DNA from: an uncultured Pelagibacteraceae bacterium
GTDB lineage: Bacteria; Pseudomonadota; Alphaproteobacteria; Pelagibacterales; AG-422-B15
Assembly (NCBI GenBank): GCA_902564025.1
Contig: CACEZK010000002.1
Coordinates: forward strand, 15,227 to 79,226
Direction: 5' to 3'
DNA: 64,000 nucleotides
Part shown: positions 1-11,355 of the stretch, in pieces
Numbering within the stretch: position 1 is the stretch's first letter
Layout: the number at the start of each line of letters is the position of its first letter
Notes under the pieces: generated by a model
What the model saw: only the letters and a program-made list of their open reading frames with translations
Databases searched by the model: none
Told to the model about the DNA's origin: nothing
Translations under genes and position numbers: made by a program

Positions 1-1820
1 GACTCATAAGGCGCAACTCCTCTTGTGCCGCATGATTCTAACAGTGATGAATGAAACCAACCTCTGTGTTGATCTGTTCCTTCAAGATAAATAGATGCTG
101 GCCAGATTTGATCATTTTTTCCATCTAAAACAAATGCATGTGTACAGCCTGAGTCAAACCATACATCTAAAATATCATTAACTTTTTTATATTCTTCCGG
201 ATTATAATTTGAGCCTAATAATTCTTCTTTTGAATATTTAAACCACGCATCTGAGCCTTCTTTTTCATAAAGTTTAATAATTTTTTCATTTATTTCCTTA
301 TCAACCAGCGGCTTTCCTGTTTTAATATTGTAAAAGATAGATAAAGGTACGCCCCATGCCCGTTGTCTTGACACTACCCAATCAGGTCTTTCTTCAATCA
401 TTGAATAAATTCTATTTTTTCCCTGTTTTGGATACCATTTAACCTTTTCAATTTCGTTCAACGCTTTTTCTCTCAATTGATTTTTTTCCATACTGATGAA
501 CCATTGTGGAGTATTTCTAAAGATGACAGGAGCTTTTGATCTCCATGAATGAGGGTAGCTATGACGCAATGAACCCTTGCCTGCTAAATTTTCATGCTTT
601 TTTAGCTCAATGATAACTGCAACGTTTGCATCAGCATCTGATCCATCTTCATTAAAAATCTTTTTACCATTAAATAATGGTACGTGCGGAAAGTATTCAC
701 CATTTTCGTCTACTGTATCAGGTACTTCGATACCATTTGTAATACCCAAATTATAGTCATCAGCTCCATGACCAGGTGCTATATGAACAAAACCCGTGCC
801 TTGCTCCAAAGTAACAAAATCAGCATCAAAAATTCTTACTTCAAAATCATAACCAGATTTTTTAAAAGGGTGATTACAAATAATTTTGTCTAAGTTTTTT
901 ACTTCTGATATTTTTTTTAATTCTCTAATTTTGCATTGAACTTTTACATTATCTAAAAGTTCATCTGCAATTATAATTTTATCACCATCTTGTAAAGTAC
1001 TGTGTTCTTCTAAACTTACTACTTCAAACATTGAATACGTTATTGATTTACTGTAAGCAATTGCTCTGTTTCCTGGAATTGTCCATGGAGTTGTAGTCCA
1101 TATAATTACGGATGCATCTTGACAATTTGCATCTGAACTCTCTTTTACTGGGAACTTTACGCAGATAGTTGTTGATTTATGTTCTTTATATTCAATCTCA
1201 GCTTCAGCTAATGCAGTCTTTTCAACAGTTGACCACATAACGGGCTTTGACCCACGATATAAACTTTCGTTCTCAAGAAACTTAAAAAATTCTCTTACAA
1301 TTATAGACTCTGCCTCATATGACATTGTAGTATAGGGAGAGTACCAATCTCCATTTATTCCTAAGCGAATAAATTCTTCTCTTTGTATATCAATCCATTT
1401 TTCAGCAAATTCTCTGCATTCTTTTCTAAATTTTATAATATCGACATCATCTTTATTCTTTCCCTGTTCTCTATATTGCTCTTCTATTTTCCACTCAATT
1501 GGCAAGCCATGACAATCCCAGCCAGGAATATAAGAACTATCATTTCCAAGCATTTGTTGTGATCTTACAACAAAGTCTTTTAGTATCTTATTCAGGGCGT
1601 GCCCCATGTGTAAATGGCCGTTAGCGTAAGGGGGGCCATCATGTAATACGAATTTTTTTCTACTTTTTGATTTTTCCCTTAATTTTTCATAAATATTATC
1701 CTTTGACCAGCCATCTAGAATTTTTGGCTCTTGCTCGGGCAGGCCAGCACGCATCGCAAAGGATGTCTTTGGTAAAAATAGAGTTTCACTAAAGTCTATT
1801 TTATCATTTTTAGTGTTCAT
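1..1820 (-). CDS. ileS: Isoleucyl-tRNA synthetase, N-terminal ~606 codons (gene continues past the left edge)
   Basis: Own translation of the minus strand from the ATG at 1820-1818: MNTKNDKIDFSETLFLPKTSFAMRAGLPEQEPKILDGW...HDGPPYANGHLHMGHALNKILKDF (class I HIGH motif), later WTTTPWTIPGNRAI. The frame stays open to position 1. It is absent from the ORF track because no stop lies in the window. ribF sits immediately upstream. Confidence 0.9.
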   Translation of the reverse strand, partial: MNTKNDKIDFSETLFLPKTSFAMRAGLPEQEPKILDGWSKDNIYEKLREKSKSRKKFVLHDGPPYANGHLHMGHALNKILKDFVVRSQQMLGNDSSYIPGWDCHGLPIEWKIEEQYREQGKNKDDVDIIKFRKECREFAEKWIDIQREEFIRLGINGDWYSPYTTMSYEAESIIVREFFKFLENESLYRGSKPVMWSTVEKTALAEAEIEYKEHKSTTICVKFPVKESSDANCQDASVIIWTTTPWTIPGNRAIAYSKSITYSMFEVVSLEEHSTLQDGDKIIIADELLDNVKVQCKIRELKKISEVKNLDKIICNHPFKKSGYDFEVRIFDADFVTLEQGTGFVHIAPGHGADDYNLGITNGIEVPDTVDENGEYFPHVPLFNGKKIFNEDGSDADANVAVIIELKKHENLAGKGSLRHSYPHSWRSKAPVIFRNTPQWFISMEKNQLREKALNEIEKVKWYPKQGKNRIYSMIEERPDWVVSRQRAWGVPLSIFYNIKTGKPLVDKEINEKIIKLYEKEGSDAWFKYSKEELLGSNYNPEEYKKVNDILDVWFDSGCTHAFVLDGKNDQIWPASIYLEGTDQHRGWFHSSLLESCGTRGVAPYE

Positions 1821-1825
1821 TTTGC

Positions 1826-2785
1826 TTAATTTAGAATTTTTTGTGCTTTAGATATATCTGATTTTAGTTGTTTTTTTAAGGCCTCTACTCCTGAAAATTT
1901 CTTTTCATGCCTTATAAATTCAACAAAGTCGACTTTTAGCAAAGAATTATAAATATTCAATTTAAATCTAAATAGATGAACTTCCAAAATTTCAGTGTTC
2001 TTATGAAATGTTGGTCTGATACCAAAATTCGCAATTCCTTTAAGAGTTCTTTTCTTTGAATTTTTCAGGAATGAGGCTTCAATAGCATATACTCCATATT
2101 TTGGTGCCACGTATTCATTTATATTTAGATTAGCAGTTGGAACGCCAATTTTTCGGCCTCGTTGATCTCCTTTTATAACTTTTGACGTTATACTAAAATT
2201 GTTTCCCAAAAAATTTTTTGCCAATCTTACATTACCGTTTGAAATAAGTTTTCTAATATTTGTAGACGAATATATTTTCATCTTTGTTTTATTAAAAAGA
2301 TGATTTGGTGTTTTTAATAATTTCACCGGGTTTACGTAAAATTGATTTTCTTTACCAAAATTCAGAAGAAACTTATAGTCGCCTGATCGTTTATTGCCAA
2401 ATTTAAAATTTTTACCAACTAAAATGTATTTCATTGATATTCCTCTAAGTAATATTTTTTTACAAAAGTCATTAGGTGTCATAGAGGATATTCTTTTATT
2501 AAATTTTATTATTATTGCATAATCGATACCGTAAGATTTTAAGATTTCGAGACGCTCGTTTAACTCTGTTAATAAGAAACTTTTAATATTTTTGTTAAAA
2601 TATTTCCGTGGATGCGGATCAAAAAGTAATACACCTATTTTTGTTTTTTGTTTATTTGCAATTTTTTTTGCTGAATTAATTATTGATTGGTGCCCTTTAT
2701 GAACTCCATCAAGATTTCCAATAATTAATACAGAATTCTTTGTATAATTTAATGATCTTCTATTTAAACTTTTAAAAACTTTCAT
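1826..2785 (-). CDS. ribF: Bifunctional riboflavin kinase / FMN adenylyltransferase
   Basis: 319 aa. N-terminal nucleotidyltransferase motif IGNLDGVHKGHQ and C-terminal riboflavin-kinase motif GDQRGRKIGVPTANL. Conserved ribF-ileS arrangement. Confidence 0.9.
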   Translation of the reverse strand: MKVFKSLNRRSLNYTKNSVLIIGNLDGVHKGHQSIINSAKKIANKQKTKIGVLLFDPHPRKYFNKNIKSFLLTELNERLEILKSYGIDYAIIIKFNKRISSMTPNDFCKKILLRGISMKYILVGKNFKFGNKRSGDYKFLLNFGKENQFYVNPVKLLKTPNHLFNKTKMKIYSSTNIRKLISNGNVRLAKNFLGNNFSITSKVIKGDQRGRKIGVPTANLNINEYVAPKYGVYAIEASFLKNSKKRTLKGIANFGIRPTFHKNTEILEVHLFRFKLNIYNSLLKVDFVEFIRHEKKFSGVEALKKQLKSDISKAQKILN

Positions 2786-2792
2786 TTTTTAA

Positions 2793-3647
2793 TTAATTTA
2801 AAATTTCAGTATACATTAGAGTTTTGCAAGTTTCAGGTAAATTAGCTTTTGATATTCTCATTAAATCGTCATCATTTGCAATTTCAGTTTTATGAATACC
2901 ATTTTTTATAAATAAAAAATCTAAATCCGAGTTGTGTGCCCCTAAGCAATCTGTTTTTAGGCTATCGCCTATAGCTAATATTTCGTTTTTATTTGTTGTA
3001 TCTTTAGACAATAAATCAGTCATTACAAAATCATATATTTCTGGATAAGGTTTTCCGTAGTAAGTTACTTTACCTCCTAGTTTTTCGTAATATTTTCCAA
3101 GAGCACCTGCACAATATATGCGTGCCTGACCCCGGTAGACTATTTCATCTGGATTAACACATACTATTTCTAAATTTTTTTTGAGAAAATCCTCAAAAAT
3201 ATTTTTATAGTCCTCTGGGTGTTCATCCTTGTCATTATATAAGCCTGTGCAGACAACAAATTCTGAGGTCTCTATGTCATTAGTTTTTTGAATATTTATA
3301 TTTTCTAACAAATCATAATCTTTTTCTGGTCCCAAATGATAATATGATTGTCCATGAACTTTAGAATTTATGTACTGTGTGCCTGTATCGCCTGAAGTAT
3401 AAATTTTTTTAAATAATTCGGGATTGAGATTAAGTTTATTTATTAATCCATTTCTTACTACTGCTTCAGGTCTCGGGGCATTAGAAATCAAATAAACATC
3501 AATATTATTTTCCTTCATTGCCTCAAGATAGGATTTTGCATTAGAGAATACTTCAACACCATTATGAATAACGCCCCAAAGATCACAAAGTATGATTCTA
3601 TAAGAAAGTGAAAATTCAGTAGCGCTTACGATTTTTTTAATTTCCAT
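2793..3647 (-). CDS. HAD-superfamily (class IIA-like) hydrolase
   Basis: 284 aa. N-terminal DLWGVIHNG (HAD motif I, DxxG type) and C-terminal GDSLKTD (motif IV-like). Confidence 0.65.
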   Translation of the reverse strand: MEIKKIVSATEFSLSYRIILCDLWGVIHNGVEVFSNAKSYLEAMKENNIDVYLISNAPRPEAVVRNGLINKLNLNPELFKKIYTSGDTGTQYINSKVHGQSYYHLGPEKDYDLLENINIQKTNDIETSEFVVCTGLYNDKDEHPEDYKNIFEDFLKKNLEIVCVNPDEIVYRGQARIYCAGALGKYYEKLGGKVTYYGKPYPEIYDFVMTDLLSKDTTNKNEILAIGDSLKTDCLGAHNSDLDFLFIKNGIHKTEIANDDDLMRISKANLPETCKTLMYTEILN

Positions 3648-3711
3648 AATTATATTGAAATTATCCTATAAATTTATAATCTTCTTATAAATTATTATGA
3701 TATTTTATTAA

Positions 3712-4479
3712 ATGACACTTTTTAACTTAAAAGATAAAAATGCTATAATCACAGGATCTTCGAGAGGAATAGGCAAAGCTATAGCCTACAGAATGGCAGA
3801 GCATGGTGCAAAAGTCATTATCACAAGTCGAAAGCTTGATGCATGTGAAGCAGTCGCTAAAGAGATAAATGATACATTTGGAGAGGGACATGCAACGGCA
3901 ATTTCATGTAATATTTCGGACAAAGAGCAATTAAAAAATCTTTACAAAAAATCGTTAGACTTCTGTGGCAATATTTCCACTCTTGTATGTAATGCTGCAA
4001 TCAATCCATATTTTGGACCATCAAATAATATACCTGACGAGGCGTTTGAAAAAATAATGAAGTCAAACGTGCAAAGTAATTTTTGGCTCTGTAATGAGGT
4101 GCTCCCAGATATGATCAAAATGAAAAATGGTTCAATTATAATTATTTCCTCGATCGCAGGTTTACGCGGCAACAGCATGTTGGGTGCTTATGCTATATCA
4201 AAAGCTGCAGATTCCCAGTTGGCAAGAAATATATCAGTGGAATATGGAAGAGATAATATTCGTGCAAATTGTATCTCACCTGGTTTAATAAAAACTGATT
4301 TTGCCAGAGCTTTATGGGAGAACGAGAGTATTTTAAAATCTATGACTGCCAAAGCAGCCTTAAAAAGGATAGGAATGCCTGACGAAATTGCAGGCGCTGC
4401 AGTATATTTGGCTTCTGAAGCTGGATCTTTTATGACTGGTCAAAACATCGTAATTGATGGCGGTGAATCAGAACAATAG
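3712..4479 (+). CDS. Short-chain dehydrogenase/reductase (SDR)
   Basis: 255 aa. TGSSRGIGKAIA cofactor motif, NAAI, catalytic S...YAISKAA (YxxxK). Confidence 0.85.
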   Translation: MTLFNLKDKNAIITGSSRGIGKAIAYRMAEHGAKVIITSRKLDACEAVAKEINDTFGEGHATAISCNISDKEQLKNLYKKSLDFCGNISTLVCNAAINPYFGPSNNIPDEAFEKIMKSNVQSNFWLCNEVLPDMIKMKNGSIIIISSIAGLRGNSMLGAYAISKAADSQLARNISVEYGRDNIRANCISPGLIKTDFARALWENESILKSMTAKAALKRIGMPDEIAGAAVYLASEAGSFMTGQNIVIDGGESEQ

Positions 4480-4540
4480 CAAATTATTGAAAATACTCGT
4501 TTTTTCGCTAATTCCAATAAAATCGAAATTTTTTCCACCC

Positions 4541-4570
4541 CTTGACACACTTGCCCTAGATCACTATATG
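4541..4570 (+). promoter_or_regulatory. Candidate groESL promoter (heat-shock-like -35 CCCCTTGACA, AT-rich -10 CTATAT)
   Basis: ccaccccTTGACAcacttgccctagatcaCTATATg lies ~45 nt upstream of the groES ATG. The CCCTTGA -35 resembles sigma-32 type -35 elements, but the -10 match is imperfect. No CIRCE inverted repeat is visible. Confidence 0.35.
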
Positions 4571-4615
4571 CCTAGGTAATTAAGCTTTGTGCAAACATAT
4601 TTAGGAGATTAAGAC

Positions 4616-4930
4616 ATGAATTTTAGACCTTTACACGATCGTGTACTCGTTAGAAGACTGGATACTGAAGAAAAAACAGCAGGCGGTATTATTATACCAG
4701 ACACTGCTCAGGAAAAACCTCAAGAAGGCCAAATTGTAGCCGTCGGAAACGGAACTAAAAGTGAAGATGGTAAAGTAACACCGCTTGATCTAAAGGTTGG
4801 CGATATCGTTCTTTTTGGTAAATGGTCTGGAACAGAAGTAAAGGTTGATGGTGAAGAACTCTGTATTATGAAAGAGTCAGACATCATGGGCGTTATAGAT
4901 ACAAAATCTAAATCAAAAAAGAAAAAATAA
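4616..4930 (+). CDS. groES: Co-chaperonin GroES
   Basis: 104 aa. [14 protein letters not shown]...[20 protein letters not shown] is canonical Cpn10. A GGAG RBS lies upstream. Confidence 0.97.
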   Translation: MNFRPLHDRVLVRRLDTEEKTAGGIIIPDTAQEKPQEGQIVAVGNGTKSEDGKVTPLDLKVGDIVLFGKWSGTEVKVDGEELCIMKESDIMGVIDTKSKSKKKK

Positions 4931-4937
4931 ATATTAA

Positions 4938-6602
<1,665 letters not shown>

Positions 6603-6623
6603 GTTGAGCTCATTAAAGCTAAT

Positions 6624-6655
6624 CTAAAAAAACCCGGCCTAGCCGGGTTTTTTTA
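6624..6655. terminator. Bidirectional intrinsic terminator between groEL and hisG
   Basis: aaaaaaaCCCGGcctagCCGGGttttttt. A GC stem (6633-6637 / 6643-6647) is flanked by an A-run and a T-run, between convergent genes. Confidence 0.75.
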
Positions 6656-7354
6656 TGAAATCCTATCTATAAAATAATTGAGTGTATTTTCTAAATTTTT
6701 ATTCCACTCAGCTACATTTGAAGTAAAAATGTTTGCAGACGACTCTAGTATAAGTCCATCATCAAGTACTCTTAGATTATTAGCTCTTAATGTTTCTCCT
6801 GATGATGTGATGTCAGTAATTATTTCTGCAAAGCCATTGAATGGAGCACTCTCGGTTGATCCATCACTTTCTACAGTCCTATAATCAACAACCCCACAAT
6901 TTGAAAAATATTCATTTGTTAAATTCTTATACTTTGTTGCAACTCTAAGTCTTTTAGAGAATTTGGTTCTGTGCAAATGGCAGATTTCTTCTAAGTCGGC
7001 CATTGTCATTACGTCAATCCATATTTCTGGTATAGCAACAACTAAATTTGCTTTACCAAAATTTAACTTAAGTTTTTTTGAAACCTTCTGGTTATAATTA
7101 GTTATTTTTTCTTGTACTAAATCGTCACCAGTTAAACCAACATGAATGGATCCTTCATCAAGTCGATTTGTAATTTCTTTAGCACTTAAGAAATAAACAA
7201 TTGCATTATCAAGACCCTCTATTGCTGCAATATACTCTCTATCATTTTCAAGATTACTAAAAATTATTTTTTTTTCTTCAAACAAAGACACCATGTCTGT
7301 TCTCAATCTACCTTTACTTGGCAATGCAATCCGAAGTTTATTTTGTATATTCAT
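6653..7354 (-). CDS. hisG: ATP phosphoribosyltransferase, short (HisZ-dependent) form
   Basis: 233 aa. N-terminal LRIALPSKGRL signature. Immediately downstream of hisZ and hisS. Confidence 0.88.
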   Translation of the reverse strand: MNIQNKLRIALPSKGRLRTDMVSLFEEKKIIFSNLENDREYIAAIEGLDNAIVYFLSAKEITNRLDEGSIHVGLTGDDLVQEKITNYNQKVSKKLKLNFGKANLVVAIPEIWIDVMTMADLEEICHLHRTKFSKRLRVATKYKNLTNEYFSNCGVVDYRTVESDGSTESAPFNGFAEIITDITSSGETLRANNLRVLDDGLILESSANIFTSNVAEWNKNLENTLNYFIDRIS

Positions 7355-7356
7355 TC

Positions 7357-8484
7357 CTAAATCAGCTCAATTATATTGTTATTATTAGTTGCAAATCCTA
7401 CTGCTGATAAGTTCGATTTAGAGCCTAAATCTTTAAGCAATTTATCATACCGCCCTCCACTGATTAATTCACTTTGATTATCAGGATTATAAATTTCAAA
7501 CATCATGCCGTCATAAAATTCAATTGAATGACCAAAGTCATTATCAAAATAATATTTTTCTATATTACTTTTTTCTGATACAGCATTCACAAAATTCTCC
7601 ATTTCCTCTACTTCACTCTCAAATGAAGAAACATTATTTGATTTAGTAAATTCGCGAAGTAGTGATGGAAATTCCGAAAGGTTACAACTTAATTTTAAGA
7701 AATTATTAATTAAATCAACAAATTTTTTTCCATCTTTCTGACTTATTACATTTAGGCTTTTTAATTGAAATCGATCAACAATTTCCTCAACAGTTCGAGC
7801 ACCTAAACCTCGAACATTTTGTTTATTAATTAAATCAGTCAAGCCTTTGTCAGATACGTCATCTATATTAAATTTCTCTTGAAGCATGCTATGCTTTTTT
7901 TCATTATCATACCCTACACCTACACCTAATCTATCAAGTAAACTCCCGAAATATTTTCTTCTAAAAAAATGTCTTACTAATCTCTGTTTCCATCTAATTG
8001 GCAGCTCTAATTTGTTGATAAACTGATTAAATAATTTAATGCTACCAATTTTAATTTTATAGTTATCAATATTTAATTGACACATTGTATCTTCAGCTGT
8101 CTTTAAAATGTAAGCATCCATCTCATGTATATTATTTAAATTTTTTTCAGAAAAAATGATCTCAATACCTGACTGATTTAATTCAATAGAATTATTTGAT
8201 AACTCATCGGATGATCTGAATACAGGACCGCTGTAACATAACTTTGACTCACTGGATTTACTATTACTTGCAATAAAATTTTGACATGTTGGTACAGTCA
8301 TGTCTGGTCTCAAACATTTTTCTTTTCCTGAAGTATCAGTAAACGAATACATCTTTCTTCTAATTTCTTCACCTGAAGTTTCAAAAAATATATCCGCATC
8401 AAACAGCAATGGAAGTTCAATATAATTAAAACCAGAATTAATAAAATAATTCTTTAGATTGATATTTAATTCTTGAAGTGACAT
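7357..8484 (-). CDS. hisZ: ATP phosphoribosyltransferase regulatory subunit (HisRS paralogue)
   Basis: 375 aa HisRS-like catalytic core (GGRYD near the C-terminus) without an anticodon-binding domain. Located between hisS and hisG. Confidence 0.8.
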   Translation of the reverse strand: MSLQELNINLKNYFINSGFNYIELPLLFDADIFFETSGEEIRRKMYSFTDTSGKEKCLRPDMTVPTCQNFIASNSKSSESKLCYSGPVFRSSDELSNNSIELNQSGIEIIFSEKNLNNIHEMDAYILKTAEDTMCQLNIDNYKIKIGSIKLFNQFINKLELPIRWKQRLVRHFFRRKYFGSLLDRLGVGVGYDNEKKHSMLQEKFNIDDVSDKGLTDLINKQNVRGLGARTVEEIVDRFQLKSLNVISQKDGKKFVDLINNFLKLSCNLSEFPSLLREFTKSNNVSSFESEVEEMENFVNAVSEKSNIEKYYFDNDFGHSIEFYDGMMFEIYNPDNQSELISGGRYDKLLKDLGSKSNLSAVGFATNNNNIIELI

Positions 8485-8490
8485 TTTATT

Positions 8491-9879
8491 TTAATTCAAA
8501 ATTTCATTTAATGCTGTCATCAGGTCAGAGCGATTAATTGTTTGTTGTCCAGCTTTTGCCTCTTTCCATTTGTCTCTATCGACAATATCTTTTGAAACCT
8601 CTTTACCTTTATTTAAATCCTTAATTGATATTTCACCCTTTTTTAATTCTTCATCACCAGCAATGATCACAATATCTGCACCTTTGCGATCGCAATACTT
8701 TAATTGCTTTCCAAGGTTTTTAGTTCCAAATGATATTTCACATGAAATACCTTCATTTCTAATTTCTTTAGCCATTGAAATATAATCCGGCATATTTTGA
8801 TTATCTAAATTTGCAATTACAACTAATGGATTTTTCTTATTATCTAAAAGGTCTAATTGATTTAACGCCACAATTAATCTATCAACACCTATAGATATAC
8901 CAGTAGCTGGAACATCCTCTTTCCCAAATCTTGAAATAAGTCTGTCATATCTTCCACCGCCAGCAACTGATCCAAATACAATTTTTTCACCTTTCTCATT
9001 TTTAATATCAACAAGAAGCTCTGCTTCAAAAATCATTCCAGTGTAATAGTCGAGACCGCGAACAACTGATGAGTCAAAACGAATTGGATAATCTGGGAAA
9101 TTTTTTATATAGGAGTTGAATTCTTCCATCTGGGCGTTTGATTGGTTTGAATTGGTTATAAAAGAAATAATTTTATCAGCATCTGTCTCGCTTAAGCCCA
9201 CGCCCTCCATAAAGTCACCAGATACATCTTTTCTTCCTTTTTGAAGCAATTCATTAACGCCCTCTATACCTAATCGATCTTTTTTATCTACTGCTCTAAG
9301 AATTTTTGGCAAATCGTCCTCTTTAACATCTAAGTTCGAAAAAAGTTCTGTCCAAATTTCCCTATTTGAAAATTTTATTTCAAATTGTGAAGTATTTAGG
9401 CCAAGGTCAATTAAAATATCACATACCATTACACACAGCTCTGCATCAATTAGTGTTGAATCAACTCCCACCACGTCAGCATCAAACTGAAAAAATTCTC
9501 TGTATCTACCTGGTCCTGGTTTTTCATTTCTCCAAACTAGTCCTGATTGATAACGTTTAAATGGCTTAACGAGGTCTTGATAATTTTGAGCTACGTATCT
9601 TGCTAAGGGGGCCGTTAAGTCATATCTCAGTGATAGCCATTTCTCATCATCGTCTTGAAACGAAAATACACCCCCACTAGGCCTGTCTACATCAGGAAGA
9701 AACTTGCCAATGCTCTCAGTATATTCAATTGTGGATGTATCTAATTCAATAAATCCATACTTTAGACATTCCTTCTCTATTATCTTAGAAACTTTTTTTC
9801 TAAGATTTAAAATTTCAATGTCACTGTCTTTAAAACCCTTCGGCAAAATTGCCTTTGGATTATTTTTAATTTTACTCAT
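8491..9879 (-). CDS. hisS: Histidyl-tRNA synthetase
   Basis: 462 aa. Class II motifs RYREFFQFDADVVG and GGGRYD, plus a C-terminal anticodon-binding-like domain. GGGAG RBS before the ATG. Confidence 0.93.
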   Translation of the reverse strand: MSKIKNNPKAILPKGFKDSDIEILNLRKKVSKIIEKECLKYGFIELDTSTIEYTESIGKFLPDVDRPSGGVFSFQDDDEKWLSLRYDLTAPLARYVAQNYQDLVKPFKRYQSGLVWRNEKPGPGRYREFFQFDADVVGVDSTLIDAELCVMVCDILIDLGLNTSQFEIKFSNREIWTELFSNLDVKEDDLPKILRAVDKKDRLGIEGVNELLQKGRKDVSGDFMEGVGLSETDADKIISFITNSNQSNAQMEEFNSYIKNFPDYPIRFDSSVVRGLDYYTGMIFEAELLVDIKNEKGEKIVFGSVAGGGRYDRLISRFGKEDVPATGISIGVDRLIVALNQLDLLDNKKNPLVVIANLDNQNMPDYISMAKEIRNEGISCEISFGTKNLGKQLKYCDRKGADIVIIAGDEELKKGEISIKDLNKGKEVSKDIVDRDKWKEAKAGQQTINRSDLMTALNEILN

Positions 9880-9968
9880 TTTACTCCCGCTGTAAGTAAG
9901 ATACTACAAAGTGTGTTTATTTAATATAAAAAGGGGTTATTGCCCGCTGATTGTTTTTTTCAGCGAAC

Positions 9969-10004
9969 TTAGATATGATAGTGATGATGTTTAAATTTAA
10001 ACAT
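9969..10004 (-). promoter_or_regulatory. Candidate His-rich leader peptide ORF (MFKFKHHHYHI) upstream of hisS-hisZ-hisG
   Basis: Own reading of the minus strand: ATG TTT AAA TTT AAA CAT CAT CAC TAT CAT ATC TAA. A 9-bp hairpin (GUUCGCUGA/UCAGCGGGC, 9945-9968) starts 1 nt after the stop. It is followed by GGG..CCCC and a U5 run (9928-9945). Confidence 0.4.
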
Positions 10005-10098
10005 GAAGCTGAAATGCCTTATTTATTAATAAAAGTCAAATAATTTTAAATTTTTCTTAAAGTTTATAATAATTGCACTATTTTTATCGAAAGTAGTT

Positions 10099-11289
10099 AT
10101 GGAAAATGATAGCAAATTAACAGTCACGTATGCCGCCTTAGGTCACTTACTAATGCATATGTTTGCTGCATTCTATTTTGTTATAGTTCTAGCAATTGAA
10201 GACGACTGGAAGCTTAGCTACGATGAATTACTAAATCTTTGGTTTTTAGGATCTTTACTTGTGGGTTTGGGAGCCCTTCCTGCTGGATGGATCAGTGACA
10301 GATGGAGTCGTTCTGGAATGATTGCAATTATGTTCATTGGCTTGGGAATTAGTTCATTATTATGTGGCTTGAGCGGAAATAAAGTTTCTTTATTTATCAG
10401 TTTATCATTGCTTGGATTGTTTTGCGCTATCTATCACCCCGCTGGAATTTCATGGGTTGTTAACACTTCAAAGGAAACTGGTAAAGCGCTTGGCTTTAAT
10501 AATATTTTTGGGGGAGTAGGTATTGGATTAGGTGCCTTTTTTGCGGGTGTATTAATTGAACAATTTAATTGGCAAGCTGCCTTTATGCTACCCGGATTGA
10601 TCTCATTAGTAGTTGGACTAAGTCTAACCTATCATCTTAAATCAGGAAAAATATCATTAAAGAATATATCTTCAGAGCAATTTAGAGATAATCCTGAAAA
10701 AAATCAGATGCTAAAAATTGCAATTATTATGCTGTTAAGTATTACATGTTTGAGCTTTGTTTATCAAATTCTTCAGACAAGTCTTCCAAAGGCAATTGAT
10801 ATCAGACTTACTGATAGTCTTGATTTATCTACTTCAGATATCGGCTACATAGTTGCCGCGATATATATTGTAAGTGGTTTAATGAATTATGTTGGAGGTA
10901 TTTTAACAGATAGATATTCTGAAAAGCTGATTTATTCAATTGGAATAGTTGGCCAAGGACTCCTCTTGCTCTTAATTGTTAGTCTTTCAAATTACTGGTT
11001 AATTGCAATAAGTCTTGCAATCGTTGCTTTTAATTCAAGTATACTGCCTGCAGAAAATTTATTACTTGCAAAATTTTCACCTGAAAAATATCAAAGCCTA
11101 GTCTATGGTATTAAATTTATTGTATCATTTACAGTTGGTCCTATTGCACTGATCATGATTTCGAGAAGCTATGATTTAACGGGTGAATTTGGTGTACTCT
11201 ACTTAGCTTTTGGGTTTGTGATGATAATTATGTTTTTGATTGTATTAACTTTACCTGTAAAAAAAGTAATTACTGGTACAGCTGGGTAG
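10099..11289 (+). CDS. MFS transporter
   Basis: 396 aa, about 12 hydrophobic helices. MFS motif-A-like GWISDRWSRSG after TM2. Confidence 0.8.
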   Translation: MENDSKLTVTYAALGHLLMHMFAAFYFVIVLAIEDDWKLSYDELLNLWFLGSLLVGLGALPAGWISDRWSRSGMIAIMFIGLGISSLLCGLSGNKVSLFISLSLLGLFCAIYHPAGISWVVNTSKETGKALGFNNIFGGVGIGLGAFFAGVLIEQFNWQAAFMLPGLISLVVGLSLTYHLKSGKISLKNISSEQFRDNPEKNQMLKIAIIMLLSITCLSFVYQILQTSLPKAIDIRLTDSLDLSTSDIGYIVAAIYIVSGLMNYVGGILTDRYSEKLIYSIGIVGQGLLLLLIVSLSNYWLIAISLAIVAFNSSILPAENLLLAKFSPEKYQSLVYGIKFIVSFTVGPIALIMISRSYDLTGEFGVLYLAFGFVMIIMFLIVLTLPVKKVITGTAG

Positions 11290-11350
11290 ATTCGAACTAC
11301 CGACCTCCTGAACCACAACCAGGCGCTCTAACCAACTGAGCTACAGCTGC
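11274..11350 (-). tRNA. tRNA-His (anticodon GTG), encoded CCA, A73, no encoded G-1
   Basis: Reverse complement: GCAGCTG TA GCTC AGTTGGTTA GAGC G CCTGG TTGTGGT TCAGG AGGTC GGTAG TTCGAAT CTACC CAGCTGT A CCA. Full cloverleaf with canonical D and T loops. The base at -1 is T. Confidence 0.9.
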
Positions 11351-11355
11351 ATAAG

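Noticed and set aside
684-893. 69-aa plus-strand ORF at the left end
   Set aside because: It lies antisense within the ileS coding region.
4480-4615. CIRCE (HrcA) operator upstream of groES
   Set aside because: No TTAGCACTC-N9-GAGTGCTAA-like inverted repeat is present. Only a TTGACA-type promoter and a short CCTAG/CTAGG symmetry are visible.
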